A stretch of DNA of 28,107 nucleotides from Peptostreptococcales bacterium (GCA_038240675.1 JBBRGL010000001.1:1-28107); one strand, 5' to 3'; shown: positions 14,638 to 24,544, counted from the stretch's first letter. Translations and numbers: made by a program. The notes: generated by a model from the sequence alone, not told the origin.

Positions 14638-16437
14638 ATGATTATAGACCGAAATGATTTGGACGTGCAGTACAAGTGGCATATTGACGAAATGTACCCC
14701 ACAAAGGAAGCATTTGAGGCGGATATAGAAACAGCAAAAGGACTCATGAAGGAAATAGAGGGCTATAAAGGGCGTGTTTTGGAATCCTGTGCCGTTTTAA
14801 AAAATCTTTTTGTGGCGAGTGAAAAATTAAATCGACTTGTCGAAAACCTTTTTACCTATGGCCACATGAAAAAAGATGAGGACAATGGCCTTGCCAGTAG
14901 TCAGGCACAGTTTGACCGCGCCATGTCCCTCAGTGTTGAGGTGGGAAGCGCGTGTTCCTTTATTGAGCCAGAGCTCCTTTTGGCAAGTAAGGAGGAGGTC
15001 ATGGTCCTTGTAAAAGACGAGGCTTTTTTTGAGCAGTATGCCTTCTATTTTGAAAAACTCTATAGACAAAAGGCCCATAAGCTTTCAGAGCAAGAAGAAA
15101 AGTTATTGGCCATGAATGGTGAAATAGCAGCTGCACCTCAAACTATTTTTGGCATGCTTAACAATGCAGACCTTAAATTTCCTGTCATCAAGGATGAAGA
15201 GGGCAAAGACGTTGAAATTACAAAGGGAAATTTTACTACCCTTCTCAAATCAAAAGACCAAACGGTGAGAAAAAATGCATTTGAAGCTTTTTACAGCAGC
15301 TTTATAGGCGTCAAAAATACAGTAGCATCAACTTATATCAGCAGTGTTAAAAAGGATATATTCTATGCAAAAGTCAGAAATTATCCGAGTGCCCTCAGGT
15401 GGGGCCTCGATGATGAGCGTATAGACCAAAGCGTCTATGAAAATTTGATTGCAGCCATGCACAGTAAAATGCATTTAATGCACCGCTATATGAAGCTCCG
15501 AAAGAAAATGTTAGGTCTTGATGAGCAGCATATTTACGATGTTCATGTGCCACTCGGCGTAGAAGACAAACAGGTCATTCCATATGAGAAGGGTGTAGAG
15601 ATGGTTGTCGAGGGACTAGAGGCCCTTGGCGAGGACTACCTCGGCATTATGAAAACCGGCTTAGCCACTGGTTGGGTAGATGTGTTTGAAACGCCAGGAA
15701 AGACTTCTGGAGCTTATTCATGGGGTACCTATGACTCTAAGCCTTATATCTTGCTCAATTATCAAGACACTATTGACTACGTCTTTACATTGGCGCATGA
15801 ATTAGGGCATTCTATGCACAGTTACTTGTCTGCCAAAAATCAACCTTATCCTTGTGCGGGCTATACTATTTTCGTCGCAGAGGTAGCGTCCACTGTCAAT
15901 GAAGCATTGCTCATGAAGTCACTTCTCAAGAAAACAACGGGCAAAACTGCACGAATGGCTTTGATCAACTACTTTATGGACCAGTTCAAATCCACGGTCT
16001 ACCGTCAAACCATGTTTGCAGAATTTGAAAAGTGGTCTCACGAGCGTATAGAATCAGGTGAAGCTTTGACTGGGGAAGATTTAAGTGCCTACTACTATAG
16101 CCTCAATCAGCTTTACTTTGGGGATGAAGTCATTATGGACGATGCCATACGCTATGAATGGATGCGCATACCGCATTTCTACAATGCCTACTACGTTTAC
16201 AAGTACGCTACAGGCTTTTCTGCTGCAATGGCTATCGCTGAACGCATTGAAAAAGAAGGCGAAGTGGCAGTGTCCGACTATCTCCGCTTCCTAAGTTCTG
16301 GCGGGTCCATGTATCCCATTGATCTTCTTAAAATCGCAGGCGTGGATATGACCACTGCACAGCCAATACAAAGCGGCTTAGCGATTTTTGAAAAGCTCCT
16401 TGATGAAATGGAAGCGCTTATAAACAGCAATGACTAA
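14638..16437 (+). CDS. pepF: Oligoendopeptidase F (peptidase M3B)
   Basis: HELGH zinc motif plus GKTSGAYSWG, FVAEVAST and RIPHFY..YYVYKYATG. Confidence 0.95.
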   Translation: MIIDRNDLDVQYKWHIDEMYPTKEAFEADIETAKGLMKEIEGYKGRVLESCAVLKNLFVASEKLNRLVENLFTYGHMKKDEDNGLASSQAQFDRAMSLSVEVGSACSFIEPELLLASKEEVMVLVKDEAFFEQYAFYFEKLYRQKAHKLSEQEEKLLAMNGEIAAAPQTIFGMLNNADLKFPVIKDEEGKDVEITKGNFTTLLKSKDQTVRKNAFEAFYSSFIGVKNTVASTYISSVKKDIFYAKVRNYPSALRWGLDDERIDQSVYENLIAAMHSKMHLMHRYMKLRKKMLGLDEQHIYDVHVPLGVEDKQVIPYEKGVEMVVEGLEALGEDYLGIMKTGLATGWVDVFETPGKTSGAYSWGTYDSKPYILLNYQDTIDYVFTLAHELGHSMHSYLSAKNQPYPCAGYTIFVAEVASTVNEALLMKSLLKKTTGKTARMALINYFMDQFKSTVYRQTMFAEFEKWSHERIESGEALTGEDLSAYYYSLNQLYFGDEVIMDDAIRYEWMRIPHFYNAYYVYKYATGFSAAMAIAERIEKEGEVAVSDYLRFLSSGGSMYPIDLLKIAGVDMTTAQPIQSGLAIFEKLLDEMEALINSND

Positions 16438-16464
16438 TCGCGCGTAAACCCCCAAAGCATTCGT

Positions 16465-16704
16465 ATGGCATAGTGAATCGCAAGGGTTGTTCGGCGCTTC
16501 GCGTGGGACAGTAGTGGGGGGGAAGTATTCGGGTGATTGTTTTGGGGTCTCATTCAGTTCCAATCACATTACTTTAATGATTTGTTTAATCTCATAAAGT
16601 GTATAATGTTGATTGCTTTACACCGAAAGTCGACTCTAAAATCTTCTATTCAGAAGACATAATCCCTTGCGTTATAATAGGACATTATCGCTTATCGTTC
16701 AGAT
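16465..16704 (+). repeat. Modular dispersed repeat, copy 2 (module A, different ~64-bp central module, module B)
   Basis: Homologous to 3482-3778 in modules A and B. The centre (16577-16640) shares only its ends (ATGATTTG ... CTAA) with the palindromic unit of copy 1. Confidence 0.9.
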
Positions 16705-16730
16705 CAAATAGTTATCTTTCTGAAATAGCC

Positions 16731-16777
16731 TTGAATTTTTCCGTCAGAACGATATAATGTTTAGTATCTGGTTCTAA
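16731..16777 (+). promoter_or_regulatory. fabI promoter with a FapR-type operator over the transcription start
   Basis: TTGAAT-N16-TATAAT (16731-16758), then TTAGTATCTGGTTCTAA (16761-16777), one mismatch from the TTAGTA-N5-TACTAA FapR palindrome. Confidence 0.7.
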
Positions 16778-16830
16778 TACCAGATGCGGAACATTGCGGA
16801 CTTTTACTATTTTCATTGCGGAGGAAATTC

Positions 16831-17601
16831 ATGTTACTTCAGAATAAGAACATATTGGTAATGGGTGTTGCGAATAAATGGAGCATAGCTTGGGGTGTGG
16901 CGAAGCAGCTCAAAATTTTCGGCGCCAACGTTGTTTTTTCGTATTATGGGGAAACGAGCCTTAAGAATTTAGAAAAATTGCTAGCTGAAGAAAAATTTGA
17001 AGGTGCGCACTTGGTGGAGTGCAATGTGACAGTGGATTCAGAAATTGAACAAGCCTTCGAAAAATTAGGCAAGTCAGTCCCTGTCCTTCACGGTCTTGTG
17101 CATTCCATTGCGCATTCCAAAAAAGAGGAACTTGCTGGACGCTATGCGGATACTTCAAGAGACGGATTTCAATTGGCCCATGACATTAGTGCTTATTCCT
17201 TTGTTGCTGTCTGTAAGTATGCTGAAAAGCTTATGACAGAGGGTGGATGTTGCGTCGCAATGACTTACTTGGGCGGAGAGCGCGTCGTGAAGAATTACAA
17301 TATCATGGGTGTGGCCAAAGCATCCCTAGAAGCCAGTGTCAAATATTTAGCCCATGACTTTGGTGCGCAAAATATCCGGATCAACGCCATCAGTGCAGGT
17401 CCAATCCGGACTTTAGCGGCTAAAGGGGTCTCTGGCTTTGGAGATTTAATCAAGAATTTCGAAGAAAAAGCACCACTTCACCGTTTGGTCACTCAAGAAG
17501 AAGTTGGAAAGACCGCAGTATACCTCCTCTCTGATCTCGCCAGCGGTGTGACAGGCGAAAACATTCATGTAGACTGCGGCTATCACGTTTTAGGGTATTA
17601 G
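16831..17601 (+). CDS. fabI: Enoyl-ACP reductase FabI (NADH)
   Basis: Motifs GVANKWSIAWG, HSIAH, DISAYSF, YNIMGVAK (YxxxxxxK) and ISAGPIRTLAA. RBS GGAGG points to the ATG at 16831. Confidence 0.96.
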   Translation: MLLQNKNILVMGVANKWSIAWGVAKQLKIFGANVVFSYYGETSLKNLEKLLAEEKFEGAHLVECNVTVDSEIEQAFEKLGKSVPVLHGLVHSIAHSKKEELAGRYADTSRDGFQLAHDISAYSFVAVCKYAEKLMTEGGCCVAMTYLGGERVVKNYNIMGVAKASLEASVKYLAHDFGAQNIRINAISAGPIRTLAAKGVSGFGDLIKNFEEKAPLHRLVTQEEVGKTAVYLLSDLASGVTGENIHVDCGYHVLGY

Positions 17602-17671
17602 TAATACTACAAAAATGCCTCTCCAAAATAGACCATTAATGTCTTGAGAATTAGAATAATAACCTATTCAG

Positions 17672-17713
17672 AAGTGAGATAAGCCATAGCCTGTGGATTA
17701 TCTCATTTTTTTT
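17672..17713 (+). terminator. Intrinsic terminator of fabI
   Basis: Stem TGAGATAAGCCATAG / CTGTGGATTATCTCA followed by T8. Confidence 0.8.
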
Positions 17714-17779
17714 GAAATCTATCCACAGGCAATAGCATATGTTGTGGTGCTATAGAATAAAAATCACAATATATTGTGA
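17692..17779. promoter_or_regulatory. Two DnaA-like boxes plus tandem NrdR-type boxes
   Basis: TGTGGATTA (17692-17700) and CTATCCACA (17719-17727) each match the DnaA box at 8/9. TCACAATATATTGTGA (17764-17779) is a perfect palindrome fitting acaCwAtATaTwGtg; a weaker ATAGCATATGTTGTGG (17732-17747) is centred 32 bp upstream. Confidence 0.6.
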
Positions 17780-17807
17780 AAAATCTCTAAAAAACCAGAA
17801 AAAACAC

Positions 17808-17835
17808 TTATCATTTTCGAAATATTTGATATAAT
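17808..17835 (+). promoter_or_regulatory. Putative extended -10 promoter of the hypothetical gene
   Basis: TTATCA-N16-TATAAT with TGaTATAAT. Confidence 0.5.
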
Positions 17836-17901
17836 GATAACAGATAGAAAATAGTTTTTAACGGTGCGTATTAGTGAGTAACAAATCGTAGGAGGTTGAA
17901 A

Positions 17902-18462
17902 ATGAAAGAACAAATGACTGTGCTCAAACAAGCAGTAGCTCAGCTAGAATTGTCGCTTCAAAATCAATCTTCGGATGAAATTCAAGAATCACTTCAGCGT
18001 ATGTCTGCCCTTTGTGAACAGATGCGGTATGATTATAAAATGGTCAAGCAAAAGAATACAGGCGTCTATTATAAGAAAATAAACGTTTTGCCTTTTCTCT
18101 ATAAGCCAGTCGAAACGGATGATCCCTTCGAAGGCAATTACTTGGAGCGGTTTTCTGATGAAAGAGCCTATCAACTCCAGACCACTAATAGCATTACGGG
18201 ACATAATGCCTTCTGGAAAGAACACGATGTACTCACTGGGACTGTTTTTGGCTCTGTGCCTGTGGACCTCATTACACCAGAATCCGCAGCTGCCTTGAAA
18301 AAATGCGGTTGGAAAGAAGCCCTTGTCGAAGTTTTGGATTTTGGACTTCGTGTGACGGATACCAAACAATTGGTTGAGTTTTGCCAACGTAATTTCAAGA
18401 ACTACATCATGATCTCGGAAGAATCCACACATTCCTATATAGCCCTTGCGTTTAACGACTAA
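17902..18462 (+). CDS. Hypothetical protein (186 aa; coiled-coil-like N-terminus, no recognised domain)
   Basis: RBS AGGAGG at 17890-17895 fits the ATG at 17902. It has its own promoter-like sequence and a downstream hairpin, and its composition is protein-like. Confidence 0.8.
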   Translation: MKEQMTVLKQAVAQLELSLQNQSSDEIQESLQRMSALCEQMRYDYKMVKQKNTGVYYKKINVLPFLYKPVETDDPFEGNYLERFSDERAYQLQTTNSITGHNAFWKEHDVLTGTVFGSVPVDLITPESAAALKKCGWKEALVEVLDFGLRVTDTKQLVEFCQRNFKNYIMISEESTHSYIALAFND

Positions 18463-18512
18463 CAACTGCATAATAAATATAGGATTTAAGTGATGCCTGT
18501 ATACGATAGACT

Positions 18513-18560
18513 AAACTGTCTCCTAGCGATTCAATATCCTAAGAGATGGTTTTTTATTTT
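18513..18560 (+). terminator. Terminator-like hairpin directly before the RluA-family RBS
   Basis: Stem AAACTGTCTC ... GAGATGGTTT followed by TTTTATTTT. Confidence 0.55.
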
Positions 18561-18571
18561 GGAGGAACTCT

Positions 18572-19468
18572 ATGGAACAACATGCTTATTTGGTCACAAA
18601 TGACGATACCAATATGACGTTACTTGATTTATTGGTACAACGCGTACACCTTTCGACGCGTCACATTAGACGTCTCAAACAAGAACGGGCGATTATGCTG
18701 AATGGTTATCCTGTCTCTGTCAATGCAAAGCCGCGTCTCGGTGATCTCATTACTTTTGAAGCGGAGCCCGAGGATGTTTATTTTGAAGCTCAGTATATGC
18801 CCCTTGATGTTATTTATGAAGACAGCGACCTTTTGGTGGTGAATAAAGCCCCTTTTTTAGTGGTGCACCCCACTAAAGGCCATCCTGATCATACCCTCAC
18901 AAACGGCGTTGTCTATTACGCTAGAGAAAAGGATGAGCATTATAAACCGAGGCTCATCAATCGTCTTGACAGAGATACCTCTGGCCTTGTAGTCCTTGCA
19001 AAGAATCCCCACACCCAACATATCATTTCCCAAGATATGCGGGAGGATACCGTTCGAAAGACCTATATAGCCGTTGTTCATGGACAGCCTAAAGCTACTG
19101 GCACCGTGGATCTTCCTATTGAAAGAGAAGAGGAAGGCAGTATGCGGCGCATAGTCAGGGAGGACGGCAAACAGTGTGTCACGCACTTTGAAGTGATTAA
19201 GCGCCTCAAAAATGCTGCAGTGCTCAAAATTCGCCTCGAAACGGGTAGGACGCATCAAATAAGGGTACATCTATCCCATATGGGCCATCCTATTATTGGC
19301 GACAGGCTCTATGGATCTTTTGAGGATGTTCTCATTCAAAGACAGGCCCTTCATGCCGCTGCGCTTCAAATGCGCACCGTCAAAAGGGAGCCACTCAACT
19401 TGGAAGCGCCAATGCCAAAAGATATGGAGCATCTTATTGCATTTTTAGAGGAAATGGCTCAAACCTAA
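18572..19468 (+). CDS. RluA/RluD family pseudouridine synthase with an S4-like N-terminus
   Basis: Motifs VVNKAPFLVVHP, NRLDRDTSG (catalytic Asp), LETGRTHQIRVH and HPIIGDRLYG. Confidence 0.95.
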   Translation: MEQHAYLVTNDDTNMTLLDLLVQRVHLSTRHIRRLKQERAIMLNGYPVSVNAKPRLGDLITFEAEPEDVYFEAQYMPLDVIYEDSDLLVVNKAPFLVVHPTKGHPDHTLTNGVVYYAREKDEHYKPRLINRLDRDTSGLVVLAKNPHTQHIISQDMREDTVRKTYIAVVHGQPKATGTVDLPIEREEEGSMRRIVREDGKQCVTHFEVIKRLKNAAVLKIRLETGRTHQIRVHLSHMGHPIIGDRLYGSFEDVLIQRQALHAAALQMRTVKREPLNLEAPMPKDMEHLIAFLEEMAQT

Positions 19469-19600
19469 AAGGGCGAAGACCAAAGTGAAGGATTATCTCG
19501 CAAAAGTCATTAAAGTCAAGGTGAATTTTGAGTAAATAAGAGAACGCATTCTTAAAATAACAGAATGCTTGATTTGTATGTTTGCTACAACTCAATATAG

Positions 19601-19638
19601 AAAAGCCTCATAAAATCCAATTTTATGAGGCTTTTTTT
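19601..19638. terminator. Intrinsic terminator downstream of the RluA-family gene
   Basis: Perfect 15-bp stem AAAAGCCTCATAAAA-TCCAA-TTTTATGAGGCTTTT plus TTT. Confidence 0.88.
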
Positions 19639-19817
19639 GATCGTCATAGACAAACGGTTGTATATAATAAACAAATGAGCTCAGACAATCTTAATTTTAC
19701 CTAAATGTGATTTCAAAGTGTTGTCTTTTTATATATACTGACAGTAACCTTTGTACATTTCAAGTGATCCTATTGGACCCGAAAGTACAAAAGAGAAAGA
19801 AATAGGAGGGGATAATT

Positions 19818-21554
19818 TTGTCGAAGAAAATTTTAGCAATGGTACTCGTAGTGTTGATGGTCGTCACTGTTTTCACAGGATGCGCACCGAAGACAACTAC
19901 ACCTGATGCAGCGGCTTCAGCTGAAGCGGTAGCAAAAGATGCAACGGCAACAGAAGCAACTGTAACGGATACAGCGATTCCAAACCCAGCAAAAGATAGA
20001 GCGAATGCTGCGGACACACTCGTAGTGGGTATGACTGAAGCCAAGGGTGATTTCTTCCCAGCTTACTACTCAACAACGTATGATGGGTACATTGTTCAAC
20101 TCATGTTTGATGGTCTTTTGACAAACGACAAATCTGGTGCATTGGTGCCACAACTCGCTAAAAGCTTTGAAACATCTGATGACAAAAAAACCTACACATT
20201 CCACTTGAGAGATGATGTCAAGTTCTGGGATGGCACACCACTGACAGCAAAAGACGTCAAATTCACATATACAACTTTTGCTGATCCAAGTTATGATGGC
20301 AGATACAACTCTTCTGTATTCGATGTAGTCGGTTTCGAAGAGTACAATGCTGGAAAAGCAACTGAGCTTACAGGCATTAAAATTATCGATGATTACACGG
20401 TCTCAGTTTCTTTTAAAGAAGCAAAAGTAAGTAATATCTATAACCTAATAGGTGGCATTATGCCAGTTCACTACTATGGTTTTGAAAAAGGCAATGCACA
20501 AACACTTAAAGACAAAATGGCTGCTATGGATGTAATGGGTTCAGGCCGTTATAAAATGGTTAAATTCGAGCCTAAACAGTATGTTGAATTGACAGCGTAT
20601 GACACTTGGTACGGTGGAAAAATCAATATCAAGAATATCATCTGTAAGTTCACAACACCAGATACACAGTTCCAAGAACTTGAAGCGGGTTCAATAGATA
20701 TGCAATTATCTGTGCCTCCAAAACAAGACAACAAAGATCAAATTGATGCTATTGGATTCATCAACAACATGGTTTATCCAGGCAACTCTTATGGCTACAT
20801 GGGCTTTAACTTAAGAGATGAAAGACTCGCCGACCAACGCGTTCGTCAAGCTCTCGTCTATGGATTCAACCGCAAAGATTTTATCGATCTTTATTACAAT
20901 GGCAACTCTGCTGTTTGTAATACGCCTATTTCACAAGTATCGTGGGCCTACAGCAACGATGTAAACCCTTATGACTACGATGCTGACAAAGCGATGGCGC
21001 TCTTAGAAGAAGCAGGCTACAAAGTTGGACCAGATGGCATCCGTGAAAAAGATGGCAAAAAACTCTCGTTCATTTGGGACACTTACACAGAGTCTAAGTA
21101 TGTTGAGACGATGATTCCACTTCTCCAAGCGGATTGGAAGAAAATTGGCGTTAAGGTTGAGCCAAACTTAATGGATTTCAACTCACTTGTTGAAAAAGTA
21201 TACACATCACGTGATTTCCAACTTTACAACATGTCTTGGTCAATGACTGTAGATCCAGGCGACAATTTTTACACTTTCCACACAACAATGGATGAGCCAG
21301 ACGGAAACAACTCTATCGGCCTCAGAGACCCTGAGATCGATAAGCTGTTAGAAGCTGGTGCAAAAGAGTTTGATCAAGCAGAGCGCATCAAGATTTACCA
21401 AGAATTTGCAGTAAAAATGAACGAAAAAGTACCTTATATGTTCCTCAACCAAAACGATACATGGGATACTTTCAACAACCGTGTGAAAAATTTGGTGATC
21501 AGCTCATATTGCGACTGGACTTTCTACATTGAGTCAGTGGAGCTTGATAATTAA
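19818..21554 (+). CDS. oppA: Oligopeptide/dipeptide ABC transporter substrate-binding lipoprotein (SBP family 5)
   Basis: TTG start after AGGAGGGG; signal peptide with lipobox FTGC; motifs LRDDVKFWDGTPLTAKDVKFTY, VRQALVYG and DWKKIGV. Confidence 0.92.
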   Translation: MSKKILAMVLVVLMVVTVFTGCAPKTTTPDAAASAEAVAKDATATEATVTDTAIPNPAKDRANAADTLVVGMTEAKGDFFPAYYSTTYDGYIVQLMFDGLLTNDKSGALVPQLAKSFETSDDKKTYTFHLRDDVKFWDGTPLTAKDVKFTYTTFADPSYDGRYNSSVFDVVGFEEYNAGKATELTGIKIIDDYTVSVSFKEAKVSNIYNLIGGIMPVHYYGFEKGNAQTLKDKMAAMDVMGSGRYKMVKFEPKQYVELTAYDTWYGGKINIKNIICKFTTPDTQFQELEAGSIDMQLSVPPKQDNKDQIDAIGFINNMVYPGNSYGYMGFNLRDERLADQRVRQALVYGFNRKDFIDLYYNGNSAVCNTPISQVSWAYSNDVNPYDYDADKAMALLEEAGYKVGPDGIREKDGKKLSFIWDTYTESKYVETMIPLLQADWKKIGVKVEPNLMDFNSLVEKVYTSRDFQLYNMSWSMTVDPGDNFYTFHTTMDEPDGNNSIGLRDPEIDKLLEAGAKEFDQAERIKIYQEFAVKMNEKVPYMFLNQNDTWDTFNNRVKNLVISSYCDWTFYIESVELDN

Positions 21555-21580
21555 GATTAGAAAAGTATAATAAACAACTT

Positions 21581-21615
21581 AAAAGGTCCGGCATAGGGAT
21601 ATGCCGGTCTTTTTT
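21581..21615 (+). terminator. Intra-operon hairpin after oppA (terminator or stabiliser)
   Basis: AAAAGGTCCGGCATA-GGGA-TATGCCGGTCTTTTTT. Its position is typical for giving excess binding protein. Confidence 0.75.
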
Positions 21616-21662
21616 AAGGACATTTAAAAGGATCACTTTATCTTTTTTAGAGGAGGAAAACC

Positions 21663-22625
21663 GTGCTTAAGTATATCCTGAGACGTCTTCTTCATATGGT
21701 TCCCGTTATCTTGTTGATTTCTGTATTGATTTTCGGAATCATAAAATTAACACCAGGAAATCCAGTTGGAGCAAACTTAAACCCTAAATCAACACCTGCA
21801 CAAAAGGAAATGGAAAGAGAACGACTTGGCCTTAACAAACCCATCTATATTCAATATTTCATGTGGTTACAACGGACAGCTGTGGGCGACTTTGGTGAAT
21901 CTTATACCTATAAAAGACCCGTCAGTGATGTCATCGGTATTTTTATTTGGAATACTGTCCTTCTTAATGTTTTCACCTTTGCAATCGCTTTCTTAATTTC
22001 GATACCTCTCGGCATTATATCGGCCGTCAAGCAATACACTAAATTCGACAACTTCGTCACCGTGTTTTCTTTAATTGGTATTTCATTGCCCTCATTCTTC
22101 TTTGGATTACTCCTGATTTTTATTTTTTCGGTCAAGCTCAAATGGTTGCCAATCAGCGGCATGGTTGAAGCGGGCAGCAAAAATATCGAGATGGCGCGTT
22201 TCTTAGAAATTTTCAGGCACATGGTTCTACCAGGCATAGTCCTCATCATATCCGATATCGCAGGCACAGTGCGCTATACGCGAAATGGCATGCTGGATGT
22301 AATCAGTCAAGATTATATCCGAACAGCCCGCTCAAAAGGACTCAGTGAAAAAGTGGTCATCTATAAGCACGCTTTTAGAAACGCTCTGATTCCTATTGTC
22401 ACAATTTTAGGTTTTTCAATACCGGCTTTGTTTTCCGGTGCGGTCATTATTGAATCCATTTTCAACTGGCCAGGAATAGGACGCATATTGCTTGAATCGG
22501 TAACGGGTAGAGACTACAATCTCATGATGGCCCTCATGATGTTCTTTGCCATTTTAACGCTCCTAGGCAACCTTTTGGCGGACATTGGATACGCACTGGT
22601 CGACCCACGCGTTAAAGTAGAATAG
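21663..22625 (+). CDS. oppB: Peptide ABC transporter permease
   Basis: Motifs YILRRLL, GDFGESY, EAA loop DYIRTARSKGLSE and HAFRNAL. Confidence 0.93.
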   Translation: MLKYILRRLLHMVPVILLISVLIFGIIKLTPGNPVGANLNPKSTPAQKEMERERLGLNKPIYIQYFMWLQRTAVGDFGESYTYKRPVSDVIGIFIWNTVLLNVFTFAIAFLISIPLGIISAVKQYTKFDNFVTVFSLIGISLPSFFFGLLLIFIFSVKLKWLPISGMVEAGSKNIEMARFLEIFRHMVLPGIVLIISDIAGTVRYTRNGMLDVISQDYIRTARSKGLSEKVVIYKHAFRNALIPIVTILGFSIPALFSGAVIIESIFNWPGIGRILLESVTGRDYNLMMALMMFFAILTLLGNLLADIGYALVDPRVKVE

Positions 22626-22634
22626 GAGGAAGCC

Positions 22635-23549
22635 ATGACTGAGAAAAAATCAAACGTGAAAAAAGTAGAAAGCAAAACCCATGAACATGTCATAGGCCCT
22701 TGGGAAATGGTGTTCAACCGTTTTAGAAAGAACAAAATTGCCATAACAGGCTGCGTCATTCTTTTTATACTGGTGTTTGGTGCCGTATTTGCGCCCATAC
22801 TCACGCCTTATGATGAAGAGCAAAGAGATTTACGTCAAATCAATAAAGCCCCAAGCGCTCAGCACTGGCTTGGAACTGACGATATAGGCAGAGACTATTT
22901 GACACGTGTCCTCTATGGCGGTCGCGTATCGCTTATGGTCGGTATATTTGCCGTTGTCATCAGCGTTATACTTGGATCCCTGATCGGCGGTATCGCTGGA
23001 TATTATGGGGGCGTTGTGGACGATATACTCATGCGTATCACGGAAGTGGTCATGTCCTTCCCGTTCCTGCCGCTTGCCATTACCGTTTCTGCGGTTGTAG
23101 GCACTCAGGTACCGGGCGAATACAAAATGTACATCACCATGATGGTCATAGGCATATTGAGCTGGACGGGTCTTGCAAGACTTGTTCGCGGTCAAATTTT
23201 GTCTCTGAGAGAGATGGAATTTATGCAAGCGGCTACAGCCCTTGGATTATCGGATATGCGCAAAATTGTCAAGCATCTATTGCCGAATACACTCGGCTAT
23301 ATCATCGTTTCTGCAACCCTTGCCCTCGCAGGTGCCATCATGACGGAATCAGCCCTCTCCTTCTTAGGACTTGGCGTTGTACCCCCTACACCGACTTGGG
23401 GCAATATGATTCAATCTGCCCGTGAGTTCTTTGTGCTTAAAATGCGCCCATGGATTTGGATTCCACCGGGTATGTGTATATTCTTGACAGTCATGAGTAT
23501 CAACTTGATTGGCGATGGTCTTCGCGACGCCATAGATCCAAAATCATAA
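22635..23549 (+). CDS. oppC: Peptide ABC transporter permease
   Basis: Motifs HWLGTDDIGRD, EFMQAATALG, KHLLPN and LSFLGLG. Confidence 0.93.
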   Translation: MTEKKSNVKKVESKTHEHVIGPWEMVFNRFRKNKIAITGCVILFILVFGAVFAPILTPYDEEQRDLRQINKAPSAQHWLGTDDIGRDYLTRVLYGGRVSLMVGIFAVVISVILGSLIGGIAGYYGGVVDDILMRITEVVMSFPFLPLAITVSAVVGTQVPGEYKMYITMMVIGILSWTGLARLVRGQILSLREMEFMQAATALGLSDMRKIVKHLLPNTLGYIIVSATLALAGAIMTESALSFLGLGVVPPTPTWGNMIQSAREFFVLKMRPWIWIPPGMCIFLTVMSINLIGDGLRDAIDPKS

Positions 23550-23563
23550 GTAAGGAGGAGCAT

Positions 23564-24544
23564 ATGTCAGCAATTTTAGAAGTAAAAAACCTGAGAACGC
23601 ACTTCTTTACAGAAAAAGGTGTGGTAAAGGCTGTCGATGGTATTTCCTTCGAAGTCAAAGAGAGTAAAACCCTTGGAATCGTTGGAGAGTCAGGTTGTGG
23701 CAAAAGTATAACGGCTATGTCCCTCATGAGACTGCTCAGTAGACCTGGCAAAATCGTTGAAGGCGAAGTGCTTTATAAAGGACAGGACTTAATCAAGCTT
23801 GAAGAAAATGATATGCGTATGATACGCGGCAATGAAATGTCCATTATTTTTCAAGAACCTATGACATCTCTTAATCCCGTATTCACCATCGGTTTTCAAA
23901 TCATGGAAGTGTTGATTTTGCACCAGAAGATTACTAAAGATGAAGCCCGTCAGAAGGCCATTGAAATGTTGAAAATCGTCGGCATTCCCCGCGGCGAAAA
24001 AATTGTGGACGAGTATCCCCATCAGCTTTCAGGGGGAATGAGACAGCGCGTCATGATCGCTATTGCCCTTGCGTGTCAGCCCAAAATCCTTATAGCTGAC
24101 GAGCCTACGACAGCCCTCGATGTGACTATTCAGGCGCAGATTTTGGAGCTCATGAACGATCTCAAAAACAAACTCAATACGGCGATTATTATCATTACAC
24201 ACGATTTAGGGGTAATTGCTGAAATGGCAGACGATGTCATCGTTATGTATTCAGGCAAAATCGTCGAAAAATCTGACGTTAAGACTATTTTTGCACAGCC
24301 GACTCACCCTTATACACTGGGTCTTTTGGCATCGGTGCCAAAGCTCAACGAAGAAGCGGAATTCTTGGAATCCATTGATGGTTCTGTTCCGAATCCGCTT
24401 AAATTGCCACAAGGATGTTACTTCAACCCAAGATGTAAGTTTGCAATAGATCAGTGCCGTAAAGAACAACCTGAACTCAAAGAGCTTTCTCCAGGGCATT
24501 TTGTCAGTTGCTTTGTCGCTGAGAAAGGAGGCACACGCAAATGA
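23564..24544 (+). CDS. oppD: Peptide ABC transporter ATP-binding protein
   Basis: RBS AAGGAGG points to the ATG at 23564. Walker A GESGCGKS, signature LSGGMRQR, Walker [10 protein letters not shown] and a C-terminal Cys cluster. Confidence 0.94.
   Translation: MSAILEVKNLRTHFFTEKGVVKAVDGISFEVKESKTLGIVGESGCGKSITAMSLMRLLSRPGKIVEGEVLYKGQDLIKLEENDMRMIRGNEMSIIFQEPMTSLNPVFTIGFQIMEVLILHQKITKDEARQKAIEMLKIVGIPRGEKIVDEYPHQLSGGMRQRVMIAIALACQPKILIADEPTTALDVTIQAQILELMNDLKNKLNTAIIIITHDLGVIAEMADDVIVMYSGKIVEKSDVKTIFAQPTHPYTLGLLASVPKLNEEAEFLESIDGSVPNPLKLPQGCYFNPRCKFAIDQCRKEQPELKELSPGHFVSCFVAEKGGTRK

Noticed and set aside
17689-17730. Antiterminator formed by GCCTGTGGAT / ATCCACAGGC competing with the fabI terminator
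   Set aside because: The second arm lies downstream of the U-tract, so it cannot pre-empt termination during transcription. It is kept only as paired DnaA-like boxes.
17760-17790. Rex operator (TTGTGAA-N4-TTCACAA)
   Set aside because: Only one half-site matches on either side; the full 16-bp palindrome fits the NrdR consensus better.
19485-19535. 16-codon GTG ORF (MKDYLAKVIKVKVNFE) after the RluA-family gene
   Set aside because: Weak, badly spaced RBS and too short to support from sequence alone.
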